Position numbers and translations under genes: made by a program. A DNA stretch of 60,000 nt from Squalus acanthias (taxonomy: Eukaryota). Under the pieces are notes generated by a model. That model made no database searches and had not been told where the DNA came from. It was given only the letters and a program-made list of their open reading frames with translations. How positions within the stretch are numbered: the first letter of the stretch is position 1; the number at the start of each line of letters is the position of its first letter. Location of the stretch: assembly GCA_030390025.1 (NCBI GenBank), contig CM059432.1:134666001-134726000 (forward strand), written 5' to 3'. Below, piece after piece: positions 52,050 through 60,000 of this stretch.

Positions 52050-53195
52050 ACCTCTTCACTCTGAACATGGGCGAAGAGCGGGAGGGGGGAAGAGAGAGAA
52101 TTTAAAAAAAATTCTTTCTCGGGATGTGGGCACTGCTGGCAAGGCCGGCATTTATTGCCCATCCCTTGTTGCCTTTGAGAAGGCGGTGGGCTTTTGATAT
52201 AACAAGAGTGGCTTGCTAGGCTACTTTAGAGGGCAGCTAAGAGCCCCCCATTTGGTGTGGGACTGGAGTCACATATAGGCCAGACTGGGTAAGGACGGCA
52301 AATTTCCTTCCCTAAAAGGACATTAGTGAACCAATGGTTTAGGTCTTAAAACGCCAAACTACACACTGTTTTTCCAATGAAATTTACAAGACAAACTTAA
52401 TTTCGCCCAGATCACAGCCCAGGGCTTCAGGATAATGCAAGAGTTTTCTTCTTTATCGCTATAAATATGACTTTCTCGCCCCTTCCCCAACCCAACTTAG
52501 CAACATTTTTACCTCCTTAATCTTCTCATTAAAGAGTCCACCTGGAAATGTTCCAAAGTGATGTGCAGCCTATCAGATTATGCTTGGATGGTTGGGTATG
52601 ACAGTTTCTGAAACAATAATATAGCATTTCAAGAATACTTGTCATGTTGCTTTCTGTCCTCTGATTCCCTAAACACGGTGCAGTTTTCTACAAGAATGCT
52701 TAATACGAATAACCACACAGTCCCACTGCCTCTAAAACGAGTAGAAACCTTGACATCTTAGCGGATACTCTTTTGTTCTCCAAATCTTCTATCTATTGGT
52801 TATTTATTGGTCATTTTTTCCCCCCTTACTACCAAACATTTAGCTTATAGACAACTTTGGTTTCCATAATTTTACTTCTGAACACGGGTGAAGAGTGGGA
52901 GGGGGAAGTGAGCCATTAAAAAAAATATATATTCTTGGGATGTGGGCAACGCTGGCATTTATTGACAATCGCTAATTGCCTTTGAGAAGGCGGTGGGCTT
53001 TTGATATAACCGATTGGCTTGCTAGACTACTTCAGAGGGCAGCCAAGAGTCCCCCATGTTGGTGTGGGACTGGAGTCACGTATAGGCCAGGACGGGTAAG
53101 GACAGCAAATTTCCTTTCCTAAAGGGCCTTAGTGAACCAATTGGGTTTAGGTTTTAAAATGCCAAAATATTTTTTCCTCCAATAAAATTTACAAA
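52050..53195. repeat. Local ~330-bp direct duplication (52050-52390 and 52870-53195) containing a SINE-like element
   Basis: Both copies share flanks outside the element: ctgaaca(t/c)ggg(c/t)gaagag(c/t)gggagggggaag and ggtttagg..ttaaaa(c/t)gccaaa...ccaat(g/a)aaatttacaa. Confidence 0.75.
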
Positions 53196-54194
53196 GTAGA
53201 TTTGCTACGTAAATCTTGTGTTGCAAAGACTAATCTAATATAAGTAAATCAATAATTATTATTTCTTAAGTTTATGGTATATGGCAATAAGCTGGAATTT
53301 CTTTGTTGAGAGTTTTTTAAAAAAACAATTTACCAACCTCCCCCCCCAACCCCATTTTCTCAGGCATCGACTTCTGTTGGAATACATTTCCGCAGACATT
53401 GCTGGCTCTCTGGTACTTCTGCCACTGATTGTTGCTTCGCGATGACTAGATATGCTAAGTGTTCATTCTATCATCATTCACATCTCTTTCAGCTCTCCCA
53501 TAGTTAGCTCAAACATCATTGAGTAATTCAGTCTCCCTTCCAATATGGAGTAGCTCTGCTCATGCGCAAATTTTGCCTGGCTCTTGGTGTAGCTCCAGTG
53601 CCAATGTCCTCTGTACCGTACCCACCCCCCCGCCCCACAACACACACCCACAGCTGTATTTTGCTTCTAAACTCCAGCTGATTCTCTCTGTGCTGATAGA
53701 GATCTGACGTTAAACAAGCCCGTGAAACCTCCAACAAGTTCATGATCGATTTAAGTCCACAACATAAGACTAGCTTTAACTCAACCATAGCTGTCACTAA
53801 ATTGACAACCTGGCTCAGAAAAATCACAAAGCTCGCTCGTACAAGAAATGCAAATATATCTCACACATATAGTGCTTGTCTGTCAATTTGTTGAAGAAAA
53901 TTTTCTTCAAAGAGATATTATTCAGACTGCTCACAGCTCCAACTTGTACTTATGCCTAAAGCTGTGTGGGTGGTCTTATGCTTCTTTGAAGTGTTTACCC
54001 TATCCTGAAGAGGAGGTCAGTCAATACGTTAGGGCACAAGATGAGAGAGGAAATACAGCCACAATCTGCAGAGTACATCTCCCTGTTGAAATGAGCTAAA
54101 AGGATTAACCACTTTATGATAGGTCTCCAACCCATCGGATAATGCAGTGTTTGGTTGCAGTGGTTTCACAAAGAACCTTGTGTTGAAAGACAAA

Positions 54195-55155
54195 CTTATT
54201 TTTTTCCCCCCCATTCTCGGGATGTGGGTGTTGCTGGCAAGGCCTGCTGGCATTTATTGCCTGTCCTGAGTTGCCCTCGAAAAGGTGGTGGTGGTACTGC
54301 TTCAATATCTGAGGAATGGCGAATGGAGCTGAACACTGTGCAATCACCAGCAAACAGATCCACTTCAGACCTTATGATGGATGGAAGGTCATTGAAGAAG
54401 CAGCTGAAGACGATTAGGTCGAGGATACTGGGCTGAGGAACACCTGCAGTGATGTCCTGGGACTGAGAGGATTGGCCACCAATGACCACACCATCTTCCT
54501 TTGTGCTAAGTATGACTCCAACCAGTGGAGAGTTTTCCCCCCGATTCCCATTGACCAGTTTTACCAGGGACTCTTGGTACTATACTTGGTCAAATGCTGC
54601 CTTGATGTCAAAGGTAGTCATTCTCACCTTATCTCTGAAATTCAGCTTGTGTCCATGTTTGGACCAAGGGTGTAAAGAGGTCAGGAACCAAGTGGTTCTT
54701 CCAGAACCCAAACTGAGCATATTATTGATGTTTTGAGTTGCTAGATCTGTTCTTAATTTATCCTGCTTAGCACGGTAGTAGTGTCACAACACGATGGAGT
54801 AGTGTCAGTGTAAAGGCGGAACTTGGTCTCAATGAGGACTGTGCGGTGGTCACTCCTACCAATACAGTCACGGGCAGATGCACCTGCGACAGGCAAATTG
54901 GTGAGGATGGGGACAAGTAGGTTATTTCCTCCTGTTGGTTCTCTCCCCACCTGCTGCACGCCCAGTCTGGCAGTTATGTCCGTCAGTACTTGGCCAGCGG
55001 TTGTACTACTGAGCTACATTGACGTCCCCTACCCAAAGTAAAGTCTATACCCTCAGTGCTTCCTCCAAGTATTGTTCAAATTGGAGAAGTACTGATCCAT
55101 CATCTGAGGGAGGGCAGTAAGTAGTCATCAGCAGGAGGTTTCCTTGGCCATCTTT
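54195..55155 (-). mobile_element. Diverged family-2 LINE fragments (endonuclease and RT pieces)
   Basis: REPT.G.N.L..ILTN...IGRSDHRTV APE-endonuclease remnant and GVPQ remnant. Confidence 0.75.
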
Positions 55156-55164
55156 GACATTTTA

Positions 55165-58150
55165 AAAAAAATATTCGTTCCTGGTATGTGGGCGTCGCTG
55201 GCAAGGCCAGCATTTATTGCCCATCCCTAGTTGCCCTTGAGAAGGTGGTGGTGAGCCGCCGCCTTGAACTGCTGCAGTCCTTGTGCTGTTAGGGAGGGAG
55301 TTCCAGGATTTTGACCCAGCAACGATGAAGGAACGGCGATATACTTCCAAGTGAGGATGGTGTGTGACTTGGAGGGGAACTTGGAGGTGGTGGTGTTCCC
55401 ATGCGCCTGCTGCCCTTGTCCTTCAGGTGGCAGAGGTCGTGGGTTTGGGAGGTGTTGCCGAAGAAGCCTTGGCGAGTTGCTGCAGTGCATCTTGTAGATG
55501 GTACACACTGCAGCCATGGTACGCCAATGGTGGAGGGAGTGAATGTTTAAGGTGGTAGATGGGATGCTAATCAAGCGGGCTGCTTTGTCCTGGATGGTGT
55601 CGAGCTTCTTGAGTGTTGCTGGAACTGCACTCATCCAGGCAAGTGGAGAGTATTCCATCACACCCCTTACTTGTGCCTTGTAGATGGTGAAAAGGCTTTG
55701 GGGAGTCAGGAGGTGAGACACTCACCGCAGAATACCTAGCCTCTGACCTGCTCTTGTAGCCACAGTATTTATGTGGCTGGTCCAGTTAAGTTTCTTGTCA
55801 ACGGTGACCCCCAGGATGTTGATGGTGGGGGATTCGGCGATGGTAATGCTGTTGAATGTCACGGGGCAGTGGTTAGACGCTCGCTTGTTGGAGATAGTCA
55901 TTGCCTGGCATTTGTGTGGCGCGAATGTTACCTGCCACTCATCAGCCCAAGCCTGAGGGGGAGAAATTCAGTATCGCCCCATTTGGGGCGCAATTATCGG
56001 CCGGGCGCAAAGATTAGCGCCTGGCGCTAATTATCGCCACCGACTGCAAACTTTTATCGCCCCTGGAGGTGATTGGAGCGCTAAATCAGGCGCTTCACAC
56101 CTATCTTAAGGCGCAAAGGCCGAGGAGCGAGGCGCTACCTCAGAGCGCTGGCGAAGCTCATGTGATGTCAGTCAGCAATGGAACACACACACAATGGCAC
56201 GGGCCAGTTCTTAAAGGGGATGGTTAATCTCGCTTTTCATCCACATCCTGCTCATTGCAGCCTTGAATCTCGGCCTGGAGAGACCTGCACATCAAATCTG
56301 CTGGAAAGAACAATGGAGAGTACCAGGCAAAGAGCTCAGAGTGCAGCCCCCACAGTCTCTTCTAAATCGATACAAGGAATGGCAAATCAAAATGAACCTG
56401 CAAAGTGCTGCTCAGTACCCAAAACTCCTTCACACAACGTTGAATCTCTCCAGAAGTCTCTCTCTCTCTCTCTCAGAATGCGTGGTTCAAAAATGGCACC
56501 AACAATAAAAGGCAGGAAGCGGCCACCTTTAAATAGCGCTCCCCCAGTCCCTTCATGACTGCAAAACGCTCCCCTCAACCTGTCGTTGCTAGCGTCAGGC
56601 GGTAAGGCAGGGGGCGCCACTCAATTTCCGCTCCGGGGCGTTGCGCACTCGACTGACGTCATGATCTGCCGGCGCAGGAAATCGTGGCGGTAGGGTTTAG
56701 CGCCGCCGCAAAATGTCTAGTTAATTTCGCGAGCGTCGCAAACTTCGCCGCGCCTGGGCGCTAGATGCTTTGTGCCCCATTAGCGCCCTCTTAAGGCGCT
56801 AATGGGAGGCGCAACCAACTGAATTTTTCCCCCTGAATGTCATCCAGGTCGTGCTGCATGCGGGCATGGATTGCTCCATTATCTGAGGCGTTGTGAATGG
56901 CACTGAACACTCTGCAGTCATCAGCAAACATCCCCATTTCTGACCTTATGATGGAGGGAAGGACATTGATGAAGCAGCTGAAGATGATTGGGCCTAGAAC
57001 ACTGCCCTGAGGAACCCCTGCAGTGATGTCCTGGGGCTGTGATGATTGGCCTCCAACCACCACAACCATCTTCCTTTGTGCTAGGTATGACTTCAGCCAG
57101 TGGAGCGTTTTCTCCCCGATTCCCATTGACTTCAGTTTTACTGGGGCTCCTTGATGCCACACTCGGTCAAATGCTGCCTTGATGTCAATGCCAGTCACTC
57201 TCACCTCACCTCTGGAATTCAGCTCCTTTGTCCATGTTTGGACCAAGGCTGTAATGAGGTCTGGAGCTGAGTGGCCCTGGTGGAACCCAAACTGGGCATC
57301 AGTGAGCAGGTTATTGGTAAGTAAGTGCTGCTTGATAGCACTGTCGACGCCACCTTTCATAACTTTGCTGATGATTGAGAGTAGACTGATGGGGCGGTAA
57401 TTGGCCGGATTGGATTTGTCCTGCTTTTTGTGGACAGGACATACTTGGGCAGTTTTCCACATTGTCGGATAGATGCCAGTGTTATAGCTGTACTGGAACA
57501 GCTTGGCTAGAGGCGCAGCTAGTTCTGGAGCACAAGTCTTCAGCACGATAACCGGGATGTTGTCGGGGCTCATAGCCTTTGCTGTATCCAGTGCGCTCAG
57601 CCGTTTCTTGATATCACGTGAAGTGAATCGAAGTGGAGTGAATCGAATTGGCTGAAGAATGGCTTCTGTGGTGTTGGGGACCTCAGGAGGAGGCCGATAT
57701 GGATCATCCATTCGGCACTTCTGGCTGAACATGGTTGCAAACGCTTCAGCTTTGTCTCTTGCACTCGCGTGCTGAGCGCCACCATCATTGAGGTTGGGGA
57801 TATTCATGGAGCCTCCTCCTCCTTAGTTGTTTAATGGTCCACCACCATTCATGACTGGATGTGGCAGGATGCAGAGCTTTGATCTGATCCGTTGATTGTG
57901 GGATCGCTTCGCCCTGTCTATAGTATGCTGCTTCCACTTTTTAGCATGCATGTAGACCTGTGTTGCAGCTTCCCCAGGTTGGCACCGCATTTTTAGGTAC
58001 GCCCGGTGCTTCTGGCATGCTCTTCTGCACTCCTTATTGAACCAGTATTGGTCCCCTGGCTTGACAGTAATGGTAGAGTGAGGGATATGCCAGGCCATGA
58101 GGTTACAGATGGAGGTGGAATACAATTCTGCTGCTGGTGATGGCCCACAG
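55165..58150 (-). mobile_element. Longest family-2 LINE copy, interrupted by MITE F
   Basis: NYRPISLLS, QFGF, DIKAAFDRVWH, GVPQGSVLGP and FADD in ORF 56791-57807, continuing below 55956. Confidence 0.95.
55957..56833. mobile_element. PIF/Harbinger-type MITE copy F
   Basis: TIR gggggagaaattcagt / actgaatttttccccc; TSD tga (55954-55956, 56834-56836); removing it restores the LINE sequence caagcctgaatgtcatcc. Confidence 0.92.
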
Positions 58151-58154
58151 CCTT

Positions 58155-58365
58155 GGGATCGTTTATGTCCACCTGAAAGGGCAGTCGGGGCCTCAGTTTA
58201 ACGTCTCATCCGAAAGATGGCACCTTCGACAGTGCAGCACTCCCTCAGCACTGCACTGGAGTGTCCGCCTAGATTTTGTGCTCAAGTCTCTGGAGTGGGG
58301 CTTGAACCCACAACCTTCTGACTCAGAGGCGAGCGTGCTGCCAACTGGGCCACGGTTGACACCAG
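58155..58365 (-). mobile_element. SacSINE1-like SINE 5' half
   Basis: Reverse tRNA head and Deu core. Confidence 0.85.
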
Positions 58366-59789
58366 CCAATCGGTCACCCTCAAGATGCCGTAGAGGCATT
58401 TTTGGGGTGATGTAGCTTAATAATGCTGCAACTAGACCCTACTTCTTGGTTTGAAAGCAAGCATTCAAATTCAATAATTGTAAAGGCTAAAGTAGTCAGG
58501 AAAGAGCACCTATAAAAGATAGGTCCTGCTCTGGCTGTATGTAGCTGAGGTTTTGCCCTAAATTTAAAATTAAGCTACATCCACCCCCCCCCCCCAAAAA
58601 AAAAATGCCTCTATAGCATCCCTTGGGTGACCTGAATAGCCAGTCATCTAGAAAAGAACAGCTGCCTTCATTTGAGATATGTCAGCAAGACAGACAGCAA
58701 TTTGTATTGGTATATCCCTTCCACTTTGAACCGCGGGGTTCTTTCTGAGGGATCCCTGCACAAAAGTACACATCTGAGATTCACGGCTAGCCGCCAATCT
58801 TCTGCTGACACTGCCCGAATTATCTGCGATACATCTTGGGTCCAATACTCTAAACTGAGGTCTTAAAAGTTTTAGACAGACTCTTCATTGCCTCTTGGCT
58901 TTTAGTATTCCTACACCTTTTGTGATTAAAACAAAAAGCTAATGGAATTCTAGGTTTTAACAGTCTTCGCAATATGAAGTGTTGCCTTTAATATCCTGTG
59001 AATCTCTGCTCTTCCAAGTAACCGAGCCTACTTCTATTCAAAGACTAATTACTGCTGCTTTTTTTTTCTTATACTGCTTACTGACATTGAATTCCATCTG
59101 CCATTTTTTAGCGCATTCCCCATCTTATCAATATCCCTTTGCAGCTTTCTCTGAACGTACAAACCTTGTGTTTGAAATGTGCTTCCATATTCCACACACG
59201 AGGCATATACCACATAGGAATCTTCCACACAGGAGAGCCATCACTAATGAGATACTAAAGCAGTTTGTTAAATAAGCCTATCACAGGAATGACTCAGCTG
59301 CTTTTTTTTTTTAGTTGGAATACAGGTCTAAGCACTTGAATGAAGCATCCATCGTTTTGTGAAATCTTCATTCACTGGCTGAATTTTTATTTTTAATTCT
59401 TCTTGTTCAAGACGAGACTCCTTTTAAAAGAAGGTAGTTTCCCCTCGTTCCCTTTCTTTGGTGTCCCTGCACCACTCTTCCATCGCAAGCTGTTCTTGGC
59501 ACTTTGCCAATGCTGCTCAGGAGCTGGATGCTGGGATCTACATGAAAGTAGTTTCAATCTCTTCATCTTCCTTCCTGCGGAGGACATCCCGAGTTCTCAC
59601 ACCAAACACAGATGGGATTGGGAGCATTGAGGGTAGGAACCAATGCCCTGCTACCCTGCAATGCTTCATGTAGGGGAACCAGATAACTTCACTCCAAATT
59701 ATTTTTTATGATTTTACACGAGGAGCTTTTTGTTAACCTGGAGGCCATTTGGAAAATAAAGAATTTCATTTATAGCAATAAAACAGATA

Positions 59790-60000
59790 GAGTCATAGAG
59801 TTATACAGCACAGAAAGAGGCCCTTCGGCCCATCGTGTCTGCGCCGGCCATCAAGCCCTGTCTATTCTAATCCCATTTTCCGGCACTTGGTCCGTAGCCT
59901 TGTATGCTATGGCGTTTCAAGTGCTCATCTAAATGCTTCTTGAATGTTGTGAGGGTTCCTGCCTCTACCACCCTTTCAGGCAGTGAGTTCCAGATTCCAA
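59790..60000 (-). mobile_element. CR1 LINE 3' end, running off the window
   Basis: acagcacagaaagaggcccttcggccc tail and WNSLPE remnant. Confidence 0.8.

Noticed and set aside
59340..59673. Overlapping short ORFs
   Set aside because: Stops in all plausible frames and no recognisable family.
24119..60000. Upstream CTDP1 exon (MSETMPLYTLCKEDLESMDKE)
   Set aside because: Not found by eye; presumably lies beyond the window end.

Overview
Vertebrate genomic DNA, very likely a shark (elasmobranch), judged from the repeat families: SacSINE1-like Deu-domain SINEs, CR1, L2, Penelope-like and Harbinger-type elements. Nearly all of the window appears to be intronic sequence of a minus-strand gene. The only host exon I can support is 23907-24118, which matches the penultimate coding exon of CTDP1/FCP1 (RNA Pol II CTD phosphatase); I did not find the flanking exons in the window. 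The rest is nested transposable elements, a 29-bp minisatellite and AT-rich unique blocks that may be conserved enhancers. Most ORF-track entries are TE fragments or noise. The most interesting points are four. (1) Minimal hammerhead ribozymes lie in the Penelope terminal repeats; one is intact and in the pre-mRNA sense, and another is split by a MITE exactly at its predicted GUU cleavage triplet. (2) An inverted pair of ~700-bp MITEs brackets the CTDP1 exon. (3) A hairpin-rich MITE family carries NRF1/ETS/E-box motifs followed by splice donors. (4) A VNTR carries ~30 forkhead motifs. None of these proves a new system; they are testable leads. TE boundaries without a stated TIR/TSD are approximate (tens of bp). 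Family names come from recalled motifs, not database searches.
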